Shown piece by piece: positions 1 to 8,464 of a stretch of 64,000 nt of DNA. A program made the position numbers and the translations under genes. Positions within the stretch are counted from its first letter, which is position 1. Each line of letters starts with the position of its first letter. Source of the stretch: an uncultured Ruminiclostridium sp. (GTDB lineage: Bacteria; Bacillota; Clostridia; Oscillospirales; Ruminococcaceae); the NCBI GenBank assembly GCA_934490165.1, contig CAKSTB010000008.1, positions 3,095 through 67,094 of the forward strand, written 5' to 3'. The notes below the pieces were generated by a model. That model was not told the DNA's origin and did no database searches. It saw only the letters and a list, made by a program, of their open reading frames with translations.

Positions 1-1
1 G

Positions 2-3000
2 ATGGTGGAGCAGAATGAGCTGATTTACTTTGAGACATATACCGGTCGCACCACAGGCAAAATAGCCGATGTAGGGACAGCTAACAGCCTGCAAAGCTTT
101 ATATCCAATAGCAACACCGCCTCGGACAGTTCACTGCCCAATGTGGATATAAGTGCTTTCAGCAACTATGCCTATATACAGGCTGTGGCATTTGACCCAT
201 ACGGCACGGGACGGCGCGACCACATCGTATATGTTGGTCTGAACCGCGGCGATCGAAAGGTATATGCCCATGTTTACGATGCGGTAAACAACCGTTTTGT
301 CGGCTCACAGGTAGTCGGCGAAATGGAGTGGATCTATGATAACAAAGGTAATCTTGTGGTGGAAAACTACTACTCCAACAACCTGATCACGGTTGCGGCG
401 GGTGACTTTGACAACGACGGTAAAGACACCATTATCGTCTATGTGCCGAACAGCAGTACCTCTATAGGGAAAATTTTCGATGTAAATAACTCCGAAAGGA
501 ATAATAATCTTGGCTGCTTTATCAAGGAATATTCCTTTGACAACGGCACCTTAACAATGCGTAGCAACACAGAAAACAGTCAGGGATACAACGAAATCGG
601 AGACAGGCTGCTTCACGATGAATATATCAAGCGGTATCATACACAAAACGGCGGGGGTACTTTGGATTATATCCGATCAAGTGATTCCGAATACAACCAT
701 ATTCGCAAACTGTATGTCCGAATGCGCGTCGGCGACTTTAACGGTGATGGCATTGACGATCTCGCCGTTTTATCTCTTCCTATCAGTGAGCTCGCGCGTG
801 AAGAGAATCTGGGTTATTTGACACCGCAGCTCAAGATAAAATATGGCACTAGGACGGGCTATAACTCAAATTTGTCTGACAGTATCGTCGATCAAAGAGC
901 CGACGAAGTTTACAATATAATGGATAAAACTCACCCGGACAGTAACGGCAAATATAGTGCTACGACCATCGACGCCGTTTCACTTGTCAGCGGCGACTTC
1001 AACAACGACGGCTACGAGGATCTCGCTGTTGTCGGAGTAGAAAAGAGCGGCACGGTAGACCCAAATAATTCCATATCGGCAATTATAGGAGGTCTTATAC
1101 TCCAGAATGAAGAAAAATTTGCATACTCTGTGCTTCTCAACAATCATAACAAGGGCTTTGCGCAAGGCGCTGTAAAGACCATGAACTCCAATAAATGGAC
1201 GCAGGAAAGTGGCGATGATAAGATTGTCATGTATACAACCGCAGAGGCGGTCGCTTTCGACGGCAGTACCGTAGCTGACTACCTCTTTCTCAATGGCTCA
1301 ATCTATACATACAACGCTACCGCAGGTCAATTTGATGCAGTTTCTTCCAAGGGCTATTCGGTGAGTGGATTCCAGTTCACCGATGGACTTGGCGGCAAGC
1401 AAGAATTGTTCCGCTCGGTTGCCGTGGGTAATTTTGACGGAAATACCGCCGGCAGAGAGCAGATCGTGTTTGTTGCTTCCTGCCGAGACAAGGACGATGT
1501 TTATTCCTTCAAAAAGGGTATGATCACCGGCGTATATAGCGATTCTAACGACGATTACAGCACTGCGACCGGCTTTAAAACAACACTCTCCGATTGGGGT
1601 CCGAACAAAGCAGACGGCGGTTATAAGGGCGGCGGTGCACAGGTACTGCTGACTGCCTGCGACCGTGATCAGGACGGCGTTATCGCACGATATAAGGGCG
1701 TGAGCTACGCCTACAGCGACCCCGAGGTCAAGGCAGTCATGCAGGCGGCGCCCTACTTTGCGGCACTGGGCGATTCGGCAAATAACGAGACCGACTATAC
1801 CATAACCGAAAGCTACGAGTTGGAGCAGTCCTCTTCAAAAAATGTTTCCTACAGCGTGGGTATGTCCTACAGCTACGGCGGACTGTTTGCGCCTTTTGAG
1901 TTGGAGATCTCTGCCGGCTATTCTCTTGAATGGAGCAAGAGCTTTTCCGAAGCACTGGAAACCGAATACGCCATGACCGTCAAGGCGCAGGCGTATAATA
2001 CGGCACTGGTTGCAAGAACGCCGGTATTTGTCTACTGCTATGAGGTGCTGAACGAAAACGGCGAGTGGTCGGACGAGACGGCAATAAGCCTGTCTATCCC
2101 ACAGCAGCCGGTGTATCAGCAGATGAGCATTGACGATTACAACAGCTTTGCCGAAGAATACAACTCCTATATGGAGAAAAAGGGCAATCGCGCCATCACT
2201 AAGGAGTCGGATAAGACCTCAAAAGACGAAGCCTGCTATTATCCCCTTGAGCAGATCAACGAAGAAGAAAACTGGCTGAACAGCAACGAGGGCAACCCTT
2301 ATATGTACAATCAGCTGGGCTGGGGCGCATACAGTGCACTCGGCGCTCAGCAGCTCAGCCAGAACACTATCCGTCTGGGCTATGCGGGAGGTCTGAATGA
2401 GGTTTCCTATTCAAAGAGCAATATCAAATCGGTTTCTGAGGAGATTTCTCACGGATTTTACTTCAACTTCTCCATCAGCTTCGGTGTATTCGGCGATGGT
2501 ATACTATTCTCGCATGATGTTGGTTTTGAAACCAGTCTGAGCTACAGCAACGGTTCGGGCGTTTCGACCACGAAAACCTCCTCGCAGGGTTGCATCGGTG
2601 CGGTAAACGATATTGACGGTCCTGCTCTTGCCGAGGAAGGAATCCCCGCAAGTATTTACACACAGTACACATTCGACTGGACGCTGGGACAGTGGTTCCG
2701 TCACCTCTACGGTGAGGAAGGCAACAAGACTGTCTTTATCGGCTACAGCCTATCAAATGTCAGCACACCCGCTCCTGCGGTAGATGATCTGGAAGCTGAA
2801 CTGTTCGCAGATGACGCAGTGCGCCTTACATGGTCTCAGCCCGACAAGACTCCCGGTTGGCCGGAGGTAGAGGGCTACTATGTGTACAGCATTGAAAACG
2901 GCGAGTATACGAAAATTTCCGAGATGCTCTCCGCCGACACGACCTCCTATGACATTGAAAACATGAAAACCAACACCGACTTTAGCTTTGTTGTTACCTC

Positions 3001-6000
3001 TGTTTGCAAGGTGGACGGCAAAGAAAATGAAAGCACATGGTCGAATATCGCCGAGGTTACAACGGCAAAGAAAGACTATAAGGTCAACTACTCTGTCGAT
3101 AACGAAGATGCCGCCGATATTAAGGTGCGCCATCTCGGTAATGTTGAGATCAAGTCGGGAGATGAGATAAGCGAGAGCGAGATCATCAAGGTAAAGGTCA
3201 CCCCAAAGAGCAAACTGTATGAGCTTGTATCCATGACGCTTGACAACGGCGGAGAATCAATGATATTCACGCCGGAAGCAGACGGAACTATCGAATGTGC
3301 CTTTACCCTGAACGGTGAAGCAAATATTCAGGTTTCAACCAAGCGTGCGGTAACTTCCGCTCAGGTCACATTTACCGATACATATACGGCGGACGGCGCG
3401 GTAATAGGTACGGTCAGTGCGACAGTGGGAGATGCTCCGCTGAGCGCTCCCGGCGGCACAGTCACCGATGATGTAACATTTGCCGCAGTACCGAAAAACG
3501 GCTACGGACTGAAATCGTGGAAGATCACCGATGCGGATAACAATACCGTAACCATAGATGCCGCAGGCTCAGACACCTATACTCTGAGATTGGCATCGGA
3601 AGAATACACTGTTGAAGCAGAATTTGCGTCTCTTTCCGAGATTGGCAAGCAGGTAAAGGTAAATATCCCCGCAGAGGGCGGTACAATAGAGATCACCGAC
3701 GCAAACGACGATATTATAGAGCTGAATGACAACAACAGCGTGTATGTTCCTGTTGATTGTGAACTGACATTCACTGTCAAAGCTGACGCAGACTGCAAAT
3801 TCCGCGCGTGGACAGGCGACGCCGAGGGTCAAAGCGGCGAGAGCTTCACTATGACTATTACAAAGGACACTGAGATCGGTGCAGAATTTGATGTTCCTGT
3901 CCGTCTGATGCTGACCTATTCTGCCGCAAGCGGCGAACAGACAGGTGCAGTGGCAACCAAGCAGGGTTATCAGTCGGGTACGGGTGTTATTGTCGGCACA
4001 AAAATTGTTCTTACCGCACAGGCGGCAGAAAATTACAGAGTGCAGAAGCTCGTCATTACCCGTGACGACAAGGTCGACACCATAACGACAGATGATAAGC
4101 TGTACAGTCAGTACGATTATGAAATCGTTATGGATACCAAAACCGACATTCAGGTATATTTCACCGAAATCGAGCAATATACGGTTACAGTAGACAGCAT
4201 CGAAAATGCCGATATGACTGTTAAAAATGGAAACGAAGATTTTGTAAGCGGTAATACCGTTCGCTACGGAGATGAGATCACCGTTACAGTAAAGCCGAAT
4301 GAAAACTACCGCCTTGCAGACACGGCTTCGTGGATCGACAACAACGACGGCAGTTATACCTATAAGACAGGTGCTGTCAAAGCGAATACAAACATCTCGG
4401 TAAAAATTGAGAAGATACCGGAATATACGGTTACATTCCCCACAACTATTGAGGGCTGTATCCTTTCGGTTAAAAACGGTAAAGAAAAGATCTCAAGCGG
4501 CGACAAGCTCCTTGAGGGAACACAGCTTACCGCTACCGTGACACTTGACCCGACCTTTATTCTCAAGGGCTGGTACATCGGCGGCGAACTGCTTTCCGAA
4601 ACAAACAAAAACGAAATAACATTTACTGTAGACAGCGATATACTCCTTACTGTCATAGTGACAGATGTAAAGGGCGATACAGGTGACACCGGAGTCGGTG
4701 TAAAATCCGTTGTCATTGACGAAGACGGAAAACTGATCATTACTCTGACCGATGACTCTGTACTTGATCTCGGAAAAGTAACAGGAGAAAAAGGCGATAC
4801 CGGCATAGGCGTTAAGTCGGTAACGGTTGACGAGGACGGAAACCTTATTATCACTCTGACCGACGACACCGTGCATAACGCAGGCAAGGTAACAGGAGAT
4901 AAAGGCAATCAAGGCGACAAGGGCGATACCGGTGCTACAGGCGTAGGTGTTAAGTCGGTAACTATCGACGAAGACGGAAACCTTATTATCACTCTTACTG
5001 ATGACACTGTGCATAATGCAGGCAAGGTAACCGGAGATAAAGGTGAACAAGGTGATAAGGGCGACAAAGGCGATATCGGTGCTACAGGTGTAGGTGTTAA
5101 ATCGGTAGTGATCGATGATGACGGAAACCTCATAATCACTCTGACTGATGATACAGTGCATAACCTCGGTAAGGTCACCGGAGATAAAGGCGAACAAGGC
5201 GATAAGGGCAACAACGGCGATAAAGGTGACAAGGGCGACAAGGGCGACAAGGGCGATACCGGTGCTACAGGCGTAGGCGTTAAATCGGTAACGATCGACG
5301 AAGACGGAAACCTTATTATCACCCTGACCGATGACACCGTGCATAACGCAGGCAAGGTTACGGGAAACAACGGTAACAATGGCGAAAACGGCGCTTGGGG
5401 AGTAGGCGTGAAGTCGATAACGATCGATGATGACGGAAACCTCATAATCACATTGACAGATGATACAATGTATAACCTCGGTAAGGTGACCGGAGTTAAG
5501 AACGAAAAAGGCGACAAGGGCGACACCGGAAACACCGGTGCTGACGGAATCGGCATTGCGAATGCTGTTGTAGATGAAAACGGTAATCTGATCATTACCC
5601 TGTCTGACGGCACTGTGCGCAACTTCGGCAAAATCACAGGAAACAACGGTGACAATGGCGAAAACGGCGCTACTGGCGTAGGCGTAAAATCGGTAACGGT
5701 CGACGAGGACGGAAACCTCATAATCACGCTGACCGATAACACAGTCCATAACGCCGGCAAGGTAATTGCAAGCAACGGTGAAAACGGTAAGAATGGCACT
5801 GACGGAGTCGGCATTGAGAATGCTGTTGTTGATGAAAACGGCAATCTGATCATTACACTGTCAGACGGTACTGTACACAACCTCGGCAAAGTCACCGGAG
5901 AAAAAGGTGACGCAGGCAAGGACGGTCAGGACGGTTCAAACGGCAACGGAATACAATCGGCTGATATTGATGCCGACGGCAATCTGATTATCACGTTTAC

Positions 6001-6319
6001 CGATGGCGTTGTTACCAATCTCGGTAAAATCGTCGGCACTGACGGCAAGAACGGTACTGACGGAAAAGACGGTAAGGACGGCGTTGACGGAAAGAACGGT
6101 ATCGGAATCAAGGGCTGCCGCATTGATGACAACGGCAACCTGATTCTGACACTGACTGACAGTACGACGTTGGACGCGGGCAATATTTCCGCTATCAGCG
6201 ACAACGTTAATGTTTCCAAGCCGCTTGCAACCGCGGCAGTATCCGTTGCGGGCACTTCTCTGCTCTGGAATGTCGTGAGCGTTGCGATCAGTATCATAAG
6301 AAAGAAAAAATTGGTCTGA
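2..6319 (+). CDS. Giant cell-surface protein, 5' end outside the window. Contains FG-GAP/VCBS-like repeats, an Fn3-like domain, InlB-B-repeat-like modules, a collagen-like repeat stalk and a C-terminal TM anchor.
   Basis: Uninterrupted 2105-codon ORF, open at the window start. FG-GAP/VCBS-type loops: GDFDNDGKDTIIV, GDFNGDGIDDLAV, GDFNNDGYEDLAV, GNFDGNTAGREQIVF. Fn3-like segment: AVRLTWSQPD...YYVYS...FSFVVTSV. Several ~70-aa modules end in the pattern G(Y/F)xxxxW (NGYGLKSWKI, CKFRAWTG, FILKGWYI). Gly-X-Y runs are present. The hydrophobic tail TAAVSVAGTSLLWNVVSVAISII is followed by RKKK. No canonical LPXTG. A hairpin terminator follows. Confidence 0.85.
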   Translation: MVEQNELIYFETYTGRTTGKIADVGTANSLQSFISNSNTASDSSLPNVDISAFSNYAYIQAVAFDPYGTGRRDHIVYVGLNRGDRKVYAHVYDAVNNRFVGSQVVGEMEWIYDNKGNLVVENYYSNNLITVAAGDFDNDGKDTIIVYVPNSSTSIGKIFDVNNSERNNNLGCFIKEYSFDNGTLTMRSNTENSQGYNEIGDRLLHDEYIKRYHTQNGGGTLDYIRSSDSEYNHIRKLYVRMRVGDFNGDGIDDLAVLSLPISELAREENLGYLTPQLKIKYGTRTGYNSNLSDSIVDQRADEVYNIMDKTHPDSNGKYSATTIDAVSLVSGDFNNDGYEDLAVVGVEKSGTVDPNNSISAIIGGLILQNEEKFAYSVLLNNHNKGFAQGAVKTMNSNKWTQESGDDKIVMYTTAEAVAFDGSTVADYLFLNGSIYTYNATAGQFDAVSSKGYSVSGFQFTDGLGGKQELFRSVAVGNFDGNTAGREQIVFVASCRDKDDVYSFKKGMITGVYSDSNDDYSTATGFKTTLSDWGPNKADGGYKGGGAQVLLTACDRDQDGVIARYKGVSYAYSDPEVKAVMQAAPYFAALGDSANNETDYTITESYELEQSSSKNVSYSVGMSYSYGGLFAPFELEISAGYSLEWSKSFSEALETEYAMTVKAQAYNTALVARTPVFVYCYEVLNENGEWSDETAISLSIPQQPVYQQMSIDDYNSFAEEYNSYMEKKGNRAITKESDKTSKDEACYYPLEQINEEENWLNSNEGNPYMYNQLGWGAYSALGAQQLSQNTIRLGYAGGLNEVSYSKSNIKSVSEEISHGFYFNFSISFGVFGDGILFSHDVGFETSLSYSNGSGVSTTKTSSQGCIGAVNDIDGPALAEEGIPASIYTQYTFDWTLGQWFRHLYGEEGNKTVFIGYSLSNVSTPAPAVDDLEAELFADDAVRLTWSQPDKTPGWPEVEGYYVYSIENGEYTKISEMLSADTTSYDIENMKTNTDFSFVVTSVCKVDGKENESTWSNIAEVTTAKKDYKVNYSVDNEDAADIKVRHLGNVEIKSGDEISESEIIKVKVTPKSKLYELVSMTLDNGGESMIFTPEADGTIECAFTLNGEANIQVSTKRAVTSAQVTFTDTYTADGAVIGTVSATVGDAPLSAPGGTVTDDVTFAAVPKNGYGLKSWKITDADNNTVTIDAAGSDTYTLRLASEEYTVEAEFASLSEIGKQVKVNIPAEGGTIEITDANDDIIELNDNNSVYVPVDCELTFTVKADADCKFRAWTGDAEGQSGESFTMTITKDTEIGAEFDVPVRLMLTYSAASGEQTGAVATKQGYQSGTGVIVGTKIVLTAQAAENYRVQKLVITRDDKVDTITTDDKLYSQYDYEIVMDTKTDIQVYFTEIEQYTVTVDSIENADMTVKNGNEDFVSGNTVRYGDEITVTVKPNENYRLADTASWIDNNDGSYTYKTGAVKANTNISVKIEKIPEYTVTFPTTIEGCILSVKNGKEKISSGDKLLEGTQLTATVTLDPTFILKGWYIGGELLSETNKNEITFTVDSDILLTVIVTDVKGDTGDTGVGVKSVVIDEDGKLIITLTDDSVLDLGKVTGEKGDTGIGVKSVTVDEDGNLIITLTDDTVHNAGKVTGDKGNQGDKGDTGATGVGVKSVTIDEDGNLIITLTDDTVHNAGKVTGDKGEQGDKGDKGDIGATGVGVKSVVIDDDGNLIITLTDDTVHNLGKVTGDKGEQGDKGNNGDKGDKGDKGDKGDTGATGVGVKSVTIDEDGNLIITLTDDTVHNAGKVTGNNGNNGENGAWGVGVKSITIDDDGNLIITLTDDTMYNLGKVTGVKNEKGDKGDTGNTGADGIGIANAVVDENGNLIITLSDGTVRNFGKITGNNGDNGENGATGVGVKSVTVDEDGNLIITLTDNTVHNAGKVIASNGENGKNGTDGVGIENAVVDENGNLIITLSDGTVHNLGKVTGEKGDAGKDGQDGSNGNGIQSADIDADGNLIITFTDGVVTNLGKIVGTDGKNGTDGKDGKDGVDGKNGIGIKGCRIDDNGNLILTLTDSTTLDAGNISAISDNVNVSKPLATAAVSVAGTSLLWNVVSVAISIIRKKKLV
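4670..6190 (+). repeat. 11 in-frame tandem units: a ~32-aa module (GVGVKSVTIDEDGNLIITLTDDTVHNAGKVTG) alternating with variable-length collagen-like Gly-X-Y linkers (GDKGEQGDKGDKGDTGAT and similar).
   Basis: I counted 11 module copies in the translation. Several units are near-identical at the nucleotide level, for example around 4920-5050 versus 5260-5345. Gly-X-Y linker length varies from about 4 to about 10 triplets. Confidence 0.9.
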
Positions 6320-6378
6320 GCGTAATTGAGGCTTCCGTTGAAGCAGTGCATCATGTACGATAAGAAAATATGAAGGAA

Positions 6379-6425
6379 CACCGCCGCACAGAAAGTAGCT
6401 TCTCTATGCGGCGGTGTTTACTGTT
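6379..6425 (+). terminator. Rho-independent terminator of the giant surface-protein gene.
   Basis: 10-bp GC-rich stem CACCGCCGCA (6379-6388) / TGCGGCGGTG (6407-6416), followed by TTTACTGTTT. Confidence 0.7.
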
Positions 6426-6438
6426 TGATTTTATTGAG

Positions 6439-6998
6439 ATGGCATTGATTTTTAGTATGATGAGGTTTCTTGAAAGCCGCCTGCACGACCTTCAGCGCAG
6501 TGTGGAGGAGATGCGCCTGCGGCTTATGAAGCCGTCCAGTATCTCGGTACAGATGATGAACCTGCCGTCCGTTACCTGCCGTATGCACTGGTGCAAGTGT
6601 CTTACCACCGCAGAACGATACACGGAAATGTACGCATTTTACAGCGAGTGCGTCCGCAAGGGTTGCTTACTTTCCGACGAGCCGCTCTTCGCTATTATGG
6701 ATCGTAAGGACTACCTGGAAGGCTATATAGGCGATACGCCCTACCCCAATGCGGTATGTGTGCCCGTTCGCCCGAACAAGGCGGCGGCAGATGCGGTCGT
6801 ACTGCCGGAATGTCGGGTGCTGTCGGTATTGTACAGCGGCATTGACGAAGCTTGGCTGGCACTCGGACGTGAAGCAAAAGCCCGCGGTCTGAAGCCTGTA
6901 GCTCCGCCCGTGTACTCGGAATAGTAGCCCAATATACAGGCAGAGAGATCGACACCAGCCGCTACTGCTCCCGCATCGTACTGCCTGTTGAGGAATGA
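6439..6998 (+). pseudogene. Remnant of a MerR/BmrR-type regulator. It keeps the coiled-coil and the GyrI-like effector domain, has no HTH, and has a frameshift near the 3' end.
   Basis: The translation begins in a coiled-coil-like segment (LESRLHDLQRSVEEMRLRL), followed by a GyrI-like pattern (VQMMNLPSVTCRMHW..., VCVPV, LPECRVLSVLYSGIDEAW). The 5' part of the listed ORF (from 6370) overlaps the upstream terminator, so an N-terminal HTH cannot be encoded. After the stop at 6922-6924, the expected domain end (IVAQYTGREIDTSRYCSRIVLPVEE*) continues in another frame from 6924 to 6998. Confidence 0.45.
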
Positions 6999-7065
6999 TA
7001 CAACCGTTTCAAAGCAGGGATATACGCCGCAGAAGCGACTTACGACAACAGATTTTACATTTATA

Positions 7066-7120
7066 TAAAAAATACAGCAGTGGGTTCTTGTATCTGGACC
7101 CACTGCTGTATTTTTATATT
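7066..7120. terminator. Bidirectional hairpin terminator.
   Basis: 14-bp perfect stem ATACAGCAGTGGGT (7072-7085) / ACCCACTGCTGTAT (7098-7111), flanked by an A-run upstream and a T-run downstream. Confidence 0.7.
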
Positions 7121-7147
7121 TTTGGCACTTCAGCTGTTATTAAAAAA

Positions 7148-8464
7148 TTATGAAAAATAGGTTATGATCGTGATATTCTCCTTACTGCCGTCCGCCTTTA
7201 CAACATCATAGGCATCTTTCAGTTCAAATCGGAAAACGCCCTCTGCGTTATCGGGCATAACAAACGTAATGCTCAGGTATTCATCAAGATCCACAATATC
7301 AATGTCCGATACAAGCACCTCAGAACCATCTGACGCATACACGCTGAACGGATAGAAGTCAAGCAAATTGAATTCCTCATGCTCCAGAGTGAGCTCCATG
7401 CTTACGGTATGATCTTTAACTTCTATCAAAGAATGGATCGCGGGAGCTGCCACAACGGTCGAACAAGAGTATTCGGCATTTGTTGTATTGGTTTTTGCAC
7501 TGAAATTTATATACCCTATGCTGTTGTCATTTTCAATATAGGTGTAAGGGAAGGACAGGTGCAGAGCAATCAGCGTTTCATTAACATAATCGACCGCGCT
7601 GATCACGGCGTAGTCCTTAAGACAGCCGTCAAGAGAAATATCTTCAGCCTTGATGTCATTAACAAATGTTATATTTTTCGCCTGTACATAGACAATATCG
7701 GAAAGCGTGAATGTATCCACATGGTCGTTTGTTACATATACGCCGTAAAAGTCGGTTGTAAGCGTCAACGTCAGAGGTTTATTGAATGTAGTCGCGTTAC
7801 CCGGGATCTCGATATAAGCATAGTCGCTTCCGTCAGTCGAGCCGGAAAGAGTGAGTGTTGCCGTCTGCGACAGAACTTCATCTCCGTCATCATCTGTAAC
7901 GAAATCCGTTTTGACCGATTCCACAGTCATATTCTGCGCCGCTCCGCTCAGTGTAAAGTCAGAAGCGGAAATATCCTTATTGAAGCAAGCGGATTCCAGA
8001 TTTATTTCGATCTGCTGTTTTTCGGTTCCGCCGTAAACAACGGATTCAGAATGCGCCTGCGCCTGTGTGATCGGGATTTCGGCTTTCACCGATTTGTTTT
8101 TGATAATGCCCTCGCCCTCTATCGTGCCGTATTCACCTTCCGCCAATGCTCCGGAAATAGAGAAAACAATACAGCCGTTTTCCTCATCATACGCGGCGTT
8201 ATCCACTTTCATACCGGTAAATGCACCGCCGAGCGTAAACGCGGAAAGGTCTTTGAAATCGGTTTCCGGCTCGCAGTCGTCCATCGGTGCAACAGCAAAA
8301 GAACCGTAGTTGCCGAAGCCCGCATTATACTGTGAGCTACAGTATACATATGCCGTATCATCCGTTACAGAAGAAGTGTCGTTTTCATCACAGCCCGCAA
8401 GGCACAGCATACACAGCGCGAATGCAAACGCTGTAACAAGCAGTTTCTTTTTCATTTCTCTCAT
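7148..8464 (-). CDS. Lipoprotein of unknown function.
   Basis: N-terminus MREMKKKLLVTAFAFALCMLCLAGC has a lipobox (LAGC). SD-like GGAAAGG lies 4-5 nt upstream. The ATG overlaps the stop of the upstream gene (ATGA). The protein is acidic and Thr/Ser/Asp-rich. Confidence 0.75.
   Translation of the reverse strand: MREMKKKLLVTAFAFALCMLCLAGCDENDTSSVTDDTAYVYCSSQYNAGFGNYGSFAVAPMDDCEPETDFKDLSAFTLGGAFTGMKVDNAAYDEENGCIVFSISGALAEGEYGTIEGEGIIKNKSVKAEIPITQAQAHSESVVYGGTEKQQIEINLESACFNKDISASDFTLSGAAQNMTVESVKTDFVTDDDGDEVLSQTATLTLSGSTDGSDYAYIEIPGNATTFNKPLTLTLTTDFYGVYVTNDHVDTFTLSDIVYVQAKNITFVNDIKAEDISLDGCLKDYAVISAVDYVNETLIALHLSFPYTYIENDNSIGYINFSAKTNTTNAEYSCSTVVAAPAIHSLIEVKDHTVSMELTLEHEEFNLLDFYPFSVYASDGSEVLVSDIDIVDLDEYLSITFVMPDNAEGVFRFELKDAYDVVKADGSKENITIITYFS

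Noticed and set aside
4360-5919. Long antisense ORFs (4360-4908, 4493-5749, 4909-5919, 5926-6381, minus strand) inside the giant gene.
   Set aside because: They lie entirely within the collagen-like/beta-module repeat. Their translations are low-complexity mirrors of the repeat (SPLSP..., VTLP...). They have no start context. They are artefacts of stop-poor repetitive DNA.
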